Positions 19,754 to 28,256 of a DNA stretch of 64,000 bases are shown here, piece by piece. The stretch lies in the IMG/VR virus record IMGVR_UViG_3300021197_001705; one strand, 5' to 3'. The DNA comes from an uncultured virus (IMG/VR IMGVR_UViG_3300021197_001705). Taxonomy: Duplodnaviria; Heunggongvirae; Uroviricota; Caudoviricetes. Each line of letters starts with the position of its first letter. The first letter of the stretch is position 1. The notes beneath the pieces are model-generated. The model was given only the letters and a program-made list of their open reading frames with translations, was not told the origin of the DNA and made no database searches. A program made the translations under genes and the position numbers.

Positions 19754-20913
19754 CTTCTTCTCCTTGCAATAATTCCCATAAGCGGGATTAAAAAGAAACT
19801 ATACGGAGTCGGGGCGACACTGCACCCACCCTTTACTGGATCTGTCACTTCTTGGCTAAGCTGTGGTAGTTGTGAAAGCTCTTCGGTCTCCTCTTCACTG
19901 TAAGTTCCCTCGGAGGACTCCTCTTCTTCATCTGTTTGTGGGTCCCACTCTTCTTGCTCTTCTTCCGTCCACGTTTCCTCTTCTGTCCAAGTTTCTTCTT
20001 CTTCAGCTTCGTAAAATGGGGCTGAGATTTCAATGTTGGAAAGAGTCACTCCGATTTCGTGAGCGCCACTCCAAGGCCACCAAGAAGAATCAAAGGCGGA
20101 AGAGATGTTGAGTTCATCGATGGTAAAGGTTTCACCTTCTTCAACCTGAATGCTCATGAAATACTCGTGGTAAACACTTTCTTCAGATCTGGCTTCAAGA
20201 TTGAGATAAGTATCCCAAGCCATCATTCCAGCCTGACCATTTACGTAAACATCCCATTCATAAAGCGTAACTTCATATTGGGTCTGAACACGATAATCAG
20301 AGCTTAAAAATCCCTTGGTTTGTACGTTTCCAGCAGCTTTAACACTTCCATCTTCGGTGATTGGGTACTCACCATGGGCCATTACAGCACCTTCAGCATC
20401 CAGACCTAGGCCGTAGCTGTTGGTAAAGGTTACTTGACCATATGCGTCGATGCCATAGTTTTCAAAAGGTACTGACCAATCCCAACGGAATGCGCCATTT
20501 TCACGATTTAAATCTGTGAGGGCTTCAACGGAGAGCACGGGAGGAGAACTCCAACTCCAATCGTTCCAATCGGTAACCCAAAGCTCATCGTCTTGTGCAG
20601 GTATTCCGCGAGCCTTAACAATCGCTACATAAAAGTCGGAACCGCGATCGATAGAAGACTGAAACCAAAAGAATTCAACGATTGCATTGATGGAGTTTCC
20701 AGCTTCGTCTGAGTTTCCAATATACATTGTGTTACCGGAAAAGTAGGCGTATGCATTTGGATGCTTGGCCTCGTCAAGTGGGACCACTTCATCAAAAGTT
20801 ACATCCACTTCGCCTTCAAGCATCGTTGCACCGATATATGAGGTTTCGGACTGACTCATATCATCAGCATTAGCATAGTTCATCAAGAACATGCTTAATA
20901 AGAAATATTTCAT
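19736..20913. repeat. 18-bp direct repeat pair (19736-19753 and 20896-20913)
   Basis: TAATAAGAAATATTTCAT at both sites; encodes the identical MKYFLL starts of two consecutive genes. Confidence 0.85.
19750..20913 (-). CDS. Secreted acidic beta-rich protein with MYXO-CTERM/GC-trans-RRR-type C-terminal sorting signal
   Basis: Signal peptide ending ANA; acidic linker EEEETWTEEETWTEEE; ends KGGCSVAPTPYSFFLIPLMGIIARRRR. Confidence 0.75.
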   Translation of the reverse strand: MKYFLLSMFLMNYANADDMSQSETSYIGATMLEGEVDVTFDEVVPLDEAKHPNAYAYFSGNTMYIGNSDEAGNSINAIVEFFWFQSSIDRGSDFYVAIVKARGIPAQDDELWVTDWNDWSWSSPPVLSVEALTDLNRENGAFRWDWSVPFENYGIDAYGQVTFTNSYGLGLDAEGAVMAHGEYPITEDGSVKAAGNVQTKGFLSSDYRVQTQYEVTLYEWDVYVNGQAGMMAWDTYLNLEARSEESVYHEYFMSIQVEEGETFTIDELNISSAFDSSWWPWSGAHEIGVTLSNIEISAPFYEAEEEETWTEEETWTEEEQEEWDPQTDEEEESSEGTYSEEETEELSQLPQLSQEVTDPVKGGCSVAPTPYSFFLIPLMGIIARRRR

Positions 20914-21317
20914 TTACCCTCCATGGTTATTCCTAATTCCTGTTGTAAGATTCTATCAATCTCGTTTGGATCATTTTCTGCTTTTTTAACTAATTTTTTA
21001 ATTTGTTCTTTCTTGTTTCTTGTCATACTCTCTTTTTCTTTTTCATATTTCTCTTCAATCTTTTTTACTGCTTCGCTGTAGTTTCTTTCGGCTGCTTCTC
21101 TTTTTTTAATTTCCAACGCATGCGCCTTTTCAATCGCTTCTTTTTCTTTTTTATACTGCTGCCTTGCAAGGTTGGCCTGCAACATTATGCCGTTAGCACT
21201 CTGTTTACCAAGCGTATAAACGATTATAAAAGCTACAATAGCAACAAGCCATCGCCAATGCTGACGACAAAAGACGGCTGCTATTTTAAGATACTTTAAA
21301 AGAGTAAGCCAAATCAC
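20910..21317 (-). CDS. N-terminal TM plus coiled-coil protein (i-spanin/Rz-like)
   Basis: WRWLVAIVAFIIVYTLG helix then a long K/E coiled coil; follows a holin-like gene. Confidence 0.55.
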   Translation of the reverse strand: MIWLTLLKYLKIAAVFCRQHWRWLVAIVAFIIVYTLGKQSANGIMLQANLARQQYKKEKEAIEKAHALEIKKREAAERNYSEAVKKIEEKYEKEKESMTRNKKEQIKKLVKKAENDPNEIDRILQQELGITMEGK

Positions 21318-21652
21318 ACCCTATCGCCATACTTGTATGTTCTAACTGCATCGATGACCGATTGACCACCAACATAAATAACTGCGATTAACCCCCATGT
21401 ATCAGCGTCTAGCTCAGAAAGGTATAGTAATGCTGTCGCTGTTGAAAACACAAGAAGCTTACGAGACACAAACTTTCCAAGAAATTTGTCAGCCCAACCA
21501 AGTTTCCTCTCAGAGGGTGCAGCGCCTTGGCTATCCCGCTGGCAACAGCCGCAACCTTCTTTGCAACAGTCTTTTTTACAAACGCAACCTTCTTTGCAGC
21601 AATCTGCACCGCAGCATGGTTCTTCTTTTTCAATATCATTTTGTTCGCTCAT
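21314..21652 (-). CDS. Holin-like two-TM protein with Cys-rich N-terminal tail
   Basis: SRKLLVF..TM..W..IAVIYVGGQSVID; N-terminal CCGADCCKEGCVCKKDCCKEGCGCC. Confidence 0.6.
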   Translation of the reverse strand: MSEQNDIEKEEPCCGADCCKEGCVCKKDCCKEGCGCCQRDSQGAAPSERKLGWADKFLGKFVSRKLLVFSTATALLYLSELDADTWGLIAVIYVGGQSVIDAVRTYKYGDRV

Positions 21653-22067
21653 TCACTTTATCCTCCTTTTGGATTTCTTCAGATTGTGGCAAATTAGTTC
21701 CACACATCGGATATTTTTTAAGCCAATTCATTACCCCAGCCTGTGCTTGTCCGGGCATCATACCAAAAGAATTAAAAATGCTTTGCAACCGATTAGAAAA
21801 ATCACAAGGCCTTGTTGCACCACCAGCAACTCCTCTGAACTCCAATCCCAAACTGGGTAGGTTTAGCCTGTCTGACTCCTTCGGGTCTCTAGTTTTTAGC
21901 ATTGGTATAAGCCTCCCTAGGTCTTTTCCAAGAAGTTTCATATCTTCAGCGAATTTAGGATCTTCCTCGAATCTTCCCTCTTCGATAACGAACGGGGATT
22001 GTTGATCGAGAACAGCTTCTAGCTCTTCTTTAATAATTCGCGTTAATATTTCTTTTGTTAACCTCAT
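21636..22067 (-). CDS. Hypothetical protein with MRLTKEILTRIIKEEL leader (putative internal head protein)
   Basis: Start moved to ATG 22067 with AAGGAG upstream, removing the overlap with Mre11-Rad50. Confidence 0.7.
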   Translation of the reverse strand: MRLTKEILTRIIKEELEAVLDQQSPFVIEEGRFEEDPKFAEDMKLLGKDLGRLIPMLKTRDPKESDRLNLPSLGLEFRGVAGGATRPCDFSNRLQSIFNSFGMMPGQAQAGVMNWLKKYPMCGTNLPQSEEIQKEDKVNERTK

Positions 22068-22080
22068 CAGCACTCTCCTT

Positions 22081-25000
22081 TTATGTATTGACTTTCGCGT
22101 AACCATCAACCTTTGATATGTCGATTGTGGTATCAACAACGTCTTTTAAAGAATCAAGATGCGAGATTAATATTACAGTCTTAAATTGATTTTTAATTAA
22201 TCTTAAAAGATTTGTAAAACCTTCCATGTGATCTTGATCTAAAGCAGTTGCTGGTTCATCAAGAATAAATAGTTCACTCTTTGGCAAATTCGTAACAGAT
22301 ATCAGTGCGAGTCTTATAGCCATTGAGGCTAGGGTCTTCTCTGCTCCGGAGCCCATAGACAGGGGGCGAGGATCATAAGATGGGTGCTTAATCATAATGT
22401 CCAATGTCTTGTCGCTATTAATAAAGAACACCTCGAAATCAACAATATTTTCAAGTATTTTACTGATCTCCTCATTTAAGAGGGGAAGACGCTTTTTGAT
22501 AATTGCATACGGAATACCATTGGGGTGCATACACTGGATGAACAAATCATATGCTATCCAGTCCTTCTCCACGTCTTCCATCTCTGCCTTTCCTTCCTTC
22601 AGAGTTTTGAGTATCTGCTTGGTAGCGCTCTCTTCTACAAGGAGATCCTGAAGTTTCTTCTTGCACTTATTAAGTCTAACTTTTTTATTTTGTAAAGAAT
22701 CAACTAGACCCTGCTTTTCTTCTATCAGGGCTTCAAGATTTTCAATAGCCTCACGATTATCTTCATACTCTGTAACTTTTGCCTCTAGCGCTGAAACTTC
22801 ATTGATTAACAATTTAATTTTATTTTTATTTGAAACCAATGTCAAGCTTTGAGTCTCGGCCACCCTATTCGATTCTTTGTGCTTGGAGATAAAGATATTA
22901 TATCTCTCCATTTGATCTTCTACCGAGGATATGTCTAAATCGCCTATTTCGCTCAATAAATCGCCCTTTACAGTATCTAGGCGCGATATACGCTCCTCAA
23001 GATCAGGAAGGGTTTTTGCAGCAATTTTAGCATCTTTAACGAATTTATTATCAGAGCAATATTCACAGTCCGGATCATATTTGTGATTATGAAGCATCTT
23101 TATCTTCTTTTGTAGATTGTTACGTTCCTTCGTTAACGAAGCAGTCTTAGCCTTAACGTTATTCAATTCCAGATCCATACTTGCCTGTTGTGCCTTCGCA
23201 TACTTTAAGGCCTCTATGTTTGTGTTATTGATAATCGTCTCGCAGTTTTCTATTGTCTTTTTAGCTTGCTCTATTTTTCTATAAATATCTAAATTGTTTT
23301 CCAGTAAAGTCTCCTTGTTCTTGTTCTTTTGAACTATAAGGTGGTTAACCTTATTGATATCAATAATTTCTGCCGGGATGTTGTCGATCTGACTTGTCAA
23401 CGCCAAAAAGCTAGCGTTTAACTTATTGGATTGTTCTGAAAGTTTATCACACAAACTATTCTGGGTTTGTCGATCTTCTTCAATCTCTTTTATTATTTCT
23501 TGATTTTTGGCAATCTGTCGGTCCCATTGTTTCTCTTGCATTCTCTTCATGACACCACGCATCTCTGCGGCGTCTTTCTTGGCCATCTTAAACTTTTTGT
23601 CAAAAATCTCAAGATCAAGAAACTTAGCAAGAATCTCTTTTCGCTTTGTTGAGCCCTCTTTAACAAAGGAGAGAGAGTCAAGTTGAGATGACATTGACGT
23701 TAGGAGGAAATCTTCAATGGTACCAAATCTCTTACGGATATTGGCATCTGTTTCATTTCGGGTAGTTCCGTTCAAACTCTCGTCGCTTGAAATTAGAGAA
23801 AAGTCCAAATCAACCTTGGCCTCTTGCGTTTCTTTGCCCTTCAATCGTTTTGTGTACTTTTCTAGATTACGGCATATCTGGTAGGTGTTTTCTCCAATTT
23901 GAATTTGAATTTTACCCTTGGCTCTCTCTCGATTTTGATTAATTATGTGTACATTCTTTCGCTCGCCTTTTGAGGTTGAATTAAACAACGTGAATAAAAG
24001 GCTGTCAACAATACTAGACTTACCGGAATAATTACGGCCGAAGACACCAACAAGCCCGTTGAGCCTCTCAAAATTGATTTTATTTTTTTCTCCGTAATTA
24101 AACAAGTTATCCCACTCGACTTCTTTGATTTTCCAAACAACATTTCTTGATACCTCCTCGTTTTTCTGTGCTATAATGTCGTACTTTTTATTGTGATCTA
24201 GAACTTTGTCAATTACCGAATTGTCCAGTTCCATCCCTGATAAATAGTCTTTTATATATGTTTCTTGAACTCTAATATCTCTTAGGTTTTCCTTAAGAAC
24301 TACATTGGCATACGTGCCATCGTTTGAGGAAAAAGATTCTTTTCCGTTTAACGTAGTAATAGAAAAAGGTCTCCAATTTGCTTCTGCTATCGCTCTTGCT
24401 TTACGGAGTTTATCCGATGGCAAGTTCGTAGACGAAACCAGACGAAGACGACAATTTCTTGGAACATGCGCCTCTTTTGGAATAGTCCCATCTTTATTTA
24501 GGCGTATTGTGATAAAAGGTCTTGGGTTAGATAGGTGTATCTTTTTAACCTCAAAGTCATCTTTTGAGGCTATATTCCATAACAAATAACCCTTCAATGG
24601 GCTTTCGCTGAACTTTTGCTGCACTAAGCTCCCAGAGTAACGAACCCTCCCTTCGGGATCTAATTTTTGCTCCCGATGAATATCACCAAGCATAGCAAAG
24701 TCAAAATCTTGGAATATACTTATGTCATCGTCGCCATGATCCATTGCCCAATTCGCCCCAGTCATACTACCAACCATCGCACCGTGATATAAAGCGATGT
24801 TGATGTCATCTGAATTTGAGGGCTTGACCCAATTATCTCGATCAAAAATCGAAAGTACGTTGAAAACAATACCAGTGGCTGGTTTGAACTCACCAGAATC
24901 TTTTAAGTAATGAAGGTTCGGATGTTTAAGCGCGTTAACAATAGGTGTTATTGCATCTTGGCGGTCTGCATTCTTAAGGTTACCATCATGGTTGCCAGCA

Positions 25001-25230
25001 ATAATAATTGTTGGTGCTACATTAGCAAGACCAAGCAAATACTCAGTACAGAGTTGAAAATACTCTGGACTCAGTTGGGTCTTCGTATGGGCGATATCGC
25101 CACAGACCGTAATATAATCTACCTGTTGTTCGAGCAAAGACTCGTACATTTTGCTAAAGACTGCTCTGTATTCGTCATGATATTTTAAGTTACGGATATG
25201 AATATCCGCCATGTGTGCAATTTTAAACAT
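22081..25230 (-). CDS. Fused Mre11/SbcD nuclease - Rad50/SbcC ATPase (gp47-gp46 fusion)
   Basis: ADIH, GD, GNHD, LYHG, GDIH phosphoesterase motifs; GRNYSGKS Walker A, coiled coil with CEYC hook, SGAE signature, ILDEP Walker B, ISH. Confidence 0.92.
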   Translation of the reverse strand: MFKIAHMADIHIRNLKYHDEYRAVFSKMYESLLEQQVDYITVCGDIAHTKTQLSPEYFQLCTEYLLGLANVAPTIIIAGNHDGNLKNADRQDAITPIVNALKHPNLHYLKDSGEFKPATGIVFNVLSIFDRDNWVKPSNSDDINIALYHGAMVGSMTGANWAMDHGDDDISIFQDFDFAMLGDIHREQKLDPEGRVRYSGSLVQQKFSESPLKGYLLWNIASKDDFEVKKIHLSNPRPFITIRLNKDGTIPKEAHVPRNCRLRLVSSTNLPSDKLRKARAIAEANWRPFSITTLNGKESFSSNDGTYANVVLKENLRDIRVQETYIKDYLSGMELDNSVIDKVLDHNKKYDIIAQKNEEVSRNVVWKIKEVEWDNLFNYGEKNKINFERLNGLVGVFGRNYSGKSSIVDSLLFTLFNSTSKGERKNVHIINQNRERAKGKIQIQIGENTYQICRNLEKYTKRLKGKETQEAKVDLDFSLISSDESLNGTTRNETDANIRKRFGTIEDFLLTSMSSQLDSLSFVKEGSTKRKEILAKFLDLEIFDKKFKMAKKDAAEMRGVMKRMQEKQWDRQIAKNQEIIKEIEEDRQTQNSLCDKLSEQSNKLNASFLALTSQIDNIPAEIIDINKVNHLIVQKNKNKETLLENNLDIYRKIEQAKKTIENCETIINNTNIEALKYAKAQQASMDLELNNVKAKTASLTKERNNLQKKIKMLHNHKYDPDCEYCSDNKFVKDAKIAAKTLPDLEERISRLDTVKGDLLSEIGDLDISSVEDQMERYNIFISKHKESNRVAETQSLTLVSNKNKIKLLINEVSALEAKVTEYEDNREAIENLEALIEEKQGLVDSLQNKKVRLNKCKKKLQDLLVEESATKQILKTLKEGKAEMEDVEKDWIAYDLFIQCMHPNGIPYAIIKKRLPLLNEEISKILENIVDFEVFFINSDKTLDIMIKHPSYDPRPLSMGSGAEKTLASMAIRLALISVTNLPKSELFILDEPATALDQDHMEGFTNLLRLIKNQFKTVILISHLDSLKDVVDTTIDISKVDGYAKVNT

Positions 25231-25238
25231 TTATCCTC

Positions 25239-25451
25239 CTATCGGATTGTTATGCGACCGTCAGTACCTGATGCTCCACCAATATGGTATTCAAGCCTAT
25301 ACGTGTCTATGATTTTCGCTACAAGTCTTTTCATCTCATCTGACTTGCCTGTTATGATTGTCATCCTTTTACCCCAGTTTGAATTTATAAACCGGTGGCA
25401 TTTAATGATAACTTCTTCGTAAGTCGATCCGTGTAAATCTAATTCTCTCAC
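25239..25451 (-). CDS. Stand-alone Smr-domain protein
   Basis: LDLHG and IITGKS motifs, 70 aa. Confidence 0.8.
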   Translation of the reverse strand: MRELDLHGSTYEEVIIKCHRFINSNWGKRMTIITGKSDEMKRLVAKIIDTYRLEYHIGGASGTDGRITIR

Positions 25452-26386
25452 ATTATCCTCCTAAGTTCGTCCATCAAAAAATAATCATCATGGTCAATCG
25501 CTTGTGCCATCTGTTTTCGAGATGCAAAAATCCGTGGCGGCATTTCGGCAATGTCCTCAAAACCACTCGTATCAATCTTGTATAACTCAATATCATAGTA
25601 TAGCATATTTTTAATGATTTGTCCAGTCTTTTTTTCGACATCTTGATCAAAAGCTAGATAAACCGGGGTGTCATTGAGAGCGATTGCTTGGAATAACTTT
25701 GCTTTGTCTCGGAGAGTGGAGCCCAATACAGGGATGGCGTTTTCCCCGGCCGAAATAGCATCAAAAACTCCTTCTACTAAGACTATCGGTTCATCCCAGT
25801 CTACATACAATTCGTTGAAAATTATGTCCCTTTCTGCCGGAGGGTTGAGATACCTCCATTTGTGGCCGACGTAAGATCTGGCGATAAAATAATTTATGTC
25901 CCCTTTGTTATTGAAGGAAGGTATGATAGTACGACCCCCATAACGACCCTCGGGACAGTAGCCGATCTTCCATCGCAGAATCTCTTTCTTACCGATATCT
26001 CTGCTTTTGAGGTAATCGAGAGCTTTCTTTGAAGACCGAGGCAGATGTTTGTTGCAGAGCGAAACGAATTCGTCTGGTAACGAAATGATCTGCTCTTCTT
26101 CTATATCATTAATCTCGTTAAAGATTTGATCGAACTCAGAGAGATCGAGTCTGCCTTCAAGTTCAAGCCACTTCTGTCTTTGCTGGTAGGTTCCAAACTT
26201 GCGAACGATACGATAAGCGTTCTTGCCTCGTTTGTCGCAGACCCAACAGTGCCAACCTCGCTTGAGATTAATGGCAAGCTTCTTCTTATGATGATTGCAA
26301 TACGGACAATGATAGTAAAGCTCGCCACCTTGAGGGGTGTTGGGTCTTCCAAGAATGTCCGACAGTATTTTAATCTTTTCTTCCAT
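25448..26386 (-). CDS. DNA primase (DnaG/gp61-like)
   Basis: CPYC...HCWVC Zn finger, YLKSR, LVEGVFD and AFDQD Toprim motifs. Confidence 0.9.
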   Translation of the reverse strand: MEEKIKILSDILGRPNTPQGGELYYHCPYCNHHKKKLAINLKRGWHCWVCDKRGKNAYRIVRKFGTYQQRQKWLELEGRLDLSEFDQIFNEINDIEEEQIISLPDEFVSLCNKHLPRSSKKALDYLKSRDIGKKEILRWKIGYCPEGRYGGRTIIPSFNNKGDINYFIARSYVGHKWRYLNPPAERDIIFNELYVDWDEPIVLVEGVFDAISAGENAIPVLGSTLRDKAKLFQAIALNDTPVYLAFDQDVEKKTGQIIKNMLYYDIELYKIDTSGFEDIAEMPPRIFASRKQMAQAIDHDDYFLMDELRRIM

Positions 26387-26540
26387 TTATCACCTTCAAG
26401 TATTTCTTTTCTTCGAATTCTAGTCTTGGCATATCATCACAAAACCATTTGACAACGATCGTTTCACCTAATAGATGTACTATCTTTCCTTCGCCTAACG
26501 CAGGTTTCCACTTTCTTATAACACTATCACCGATTTTCAT
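26370..26540 (-). CDS. 56-aa MKIGD-family small beta-barrel protein (not in ORF track)
   Basis: GGAGG RBS; MKIGDSVIRKWKPALGEGKIVHLLGETIVVKWFCDDMPRLEFEEKKYLKVINGRKD. Confidence 0.7.
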   Translation of the reverse strand: MKIGDSVIRKWKPALGEGKIVHLLGETIVVKWFCDDMPRLEFEEKKYLKVINGRKD

Positions 26541-26712
26541 TTATTACCTCCAAGTATTCTGATTCGTAGCTTTGTGAATAATCACCGTTTGACCATAGTA
26601 CAGCTACAAACGATTTTATAATTTTGCTCTCTCTAATAAACCTAATGGGATCTGAGACTATAACCCCTATTCTTCCTGAATATTTACCTTTAACCAGATC
26701 ACCAATTTTCAC
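26527..26712 (-). CDS. 61-aa MKIGD-family small beta-barrel protein
   Basis: GTG start in GTGA overlap with the DenV-like stop, GGAGG upstream; KIGDLV..G.I...V.W....LEVI. Confidence 0.7.
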   Translation of the reverse strand: MKIGDLVKGKYSGRIGVIVSDPIRFIRESKIIKSFVAVLWSNGDYSQSYESEYLEVINENR

Positions 26713-27173
26713 TGGGGCCTCCACCAATTTGGTGGCTGCGTTTTCCACTTTGCAAAGCGAGCCTTCTCGCCATGATAATAGGCACGATACGCAGTCACAG
26801 CACAAGGATTTTTGTATTCTATTGGCATTGCTTGTGCAAAGGGCAACAGACCTGTGCTTGGAAGATTGATGGCAAGAGAGCCGCACCACTCAATATGTTG
26901 CTGTGACTTGTGAATCTTGCCATAGCGTTTAGTATATTCGTGACAGAGAGCCATACCGTGTTTGACGAGCCAGTCCCAGTTTTGCTTGGACTTAGCAGCC
27001 CACAGCGTACAAGGGTGTTTTTTGTGTGTGGCTTTATATGGGGCGGTGAAGTCATTAGCATGTGCAATGGTGCAAAGCATTTGTGCTGTCTCAAGGATCA
27101 TTTTGACAACGTGCTTATCACATTGCATTTGGGCTGCAATGCTTGGATCTGTATGTAAAACAAAAATATTCAT
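26709..27173 (-). CDS. Pyrimidine-dimer DNA glycosylase / endonuclease V-like protein
   Basis: Start moved to ATG 27173 (GGAGG); MNIFVL...DKHVVKMILETAQML, HxxHPCTLW, EYTKRYGKIH, AYRAYY motifs. Confidence 0.8.
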   Translation of the reverse strand: MNIFVLHTDPSIAAQMQCDKHVVKMILETAQMLCTIAHANDFTAPYKATHKKHPCTLWAAKSKQNWDWLVKHGMALCHEYTKRYGKIHKSQQHIEWCGSLAINLPSTGLLPFAQAMPIEYKNPCAVTAYRAYYHGEKARFAKWKTQPPNWWRPQ

Positions 27174-27195
27174 GGTACCTCCGATGTACTCTTGG

Positions 27196-27223
27196 AATAT
27201 AACACGTTTGTTAAACTTGTCAA
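27196..27223 (-). promoter_or_regulatory. Sigma70-type promoter
   Basis: TTGACA-16 nt-TATATT with extended TG. Confidence 0.7.
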
Positions 27224-27228
27224 ATAAT

Positions 27229-27831
27229 TTATTTGCTCTTTGGGGTAACACCGCTTCTAAGAGCGATCTCGCAAATATGCTCCAACCTCTCGATATGCTC
27301 AAAAGCATCCCATGGGTTTTTTCCCACTGAGCATACACCGTGAGCGGCTTGTCCAACAATATCATAGATAATTTTGCGGTCCTTAGTCATGGCTCCATAC
27401 GTTGCAAAAGCCAACTCGGAACTCGTTACAGGTAAAACAGGAACTGAGGGCCCTACCCTAGTATACCTACTGACTTCAGGAAACTCTGCTGCTAGTATTT
27501 GAAGATCCCAGCCGGCATACATTGCTGCGATGATATTTGTTGGATGAAGATGCACAACCGCTCTTGTAGCTTTGTAGCTTCTCTGTAGCATCAAATGCAT
27601 CTCCAATTCACCGGAAGGTTTAGAGTTGTTTTCTCCAAGAACATAGTGGTCAGTGTTGTCGAATGCCACCTTTAACATGTGTTCTGGGTGTATAATCGTT
27701 TTGCGCCAACCTGATGGTGTAATGTACATGGTGTCTTTCCCATGACGACAAAGAGAGATGTTGCCATCTCTCGTGGTTATCCAGCCCTTCTCATACGCTG
27801 TCCTCATCACATCACCCATTGCCGTTAGCAT
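27229..27831 (-). CDS. Class II aldolase/adducin family Zn enzyme (FucA/AraD/MtnB-like)
   Basis: GNIS, ITPSG, PSGELEMH, VVHLHP, HGV motifs; start moved to ATG 27831 (MLTAMG) with AAGGA. Confidence 0.85.
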   Translation of the reverse strand: MLTAMGDVMRTAYEKGWITTRDGNISLCRHGKDTMYITPSGWRKTIIHPEHMLKVAFDNTDHYVLGENNSKPSGELEMHLMLQRSYKATRAVVHLHPTNIIAAMYAGWDLQILAAEFPEVSRYTRVGPSVPVLPVTSSELAFATYGAMTKDRKIIYDIVGQAAHGVCSVGKNPWDAFEHIERLEHICEIALRSGVTPKSK

Positions 27832-27833
27832 TT

Positions 27834-28253
27834 TTAGTTTCCTTTGTTCTTCTCTTGCCACTCATGCGATATCTCGTCTTTTGCGATTGGGCCGCCTTTC
27901 GCCCACGTTCTACAAGCACGAGCACTATGGCACTTGAAGTGGTGCATCCAGCAATACCCCAACCTACCGTCGTCATCTGATACAGGGCCGGGCATACACT
28001 TATCCATTCTTGGGCTGATGTCGAAAGCGACACAATTGCCACAAAGAGACTTTTTTGCTGCTTCTTCTTCAGTATTCCAATAATCCGCGATCTCTTTCCA
28101 GTAGCTGCCGGGCTGGTCAACATTAAGAGGGCCGTACTGTATGTGCTCGGCTTTGATTGCTGCGTCTCTGTTTTTAGTATTCAACTCAAGATTTTGGGTT
28201 GCTTCCGGACATAATATCTTTTTTATTGCCTTTATGATTTTAACTCTTATCAT
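27834..28253 (-). CDS. Cys/His-rich hypothetical protein, possible HiPIP-like metal site
   Basis: CGNC..F...GYC-x12-CxxW; GGAG RBS. Confidence 0.65.
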   Translation of the reverse strand: MIRVKIIKAIKKILCPEATQNLELNTKNRDAAIKAEHIQYGPLNVDQPGSYWKEIADYWNTEEEAAKKSLCGNCVAFDISPRMDKCMPGPVSDDDGRLGYCWMHHFKCHSARACRTWAKGGPIAKDEISHEWQEKNKGN

Positions 28254-28256
28254 GTT

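Noticed and set aside
18957..27365. Long N-terminal extensions in the track (starts 19143, 22139, 26889, 27365)
   Set aside because: They overlap neighbouring genes; downstream starts have SDs and begin at the conserved motifs
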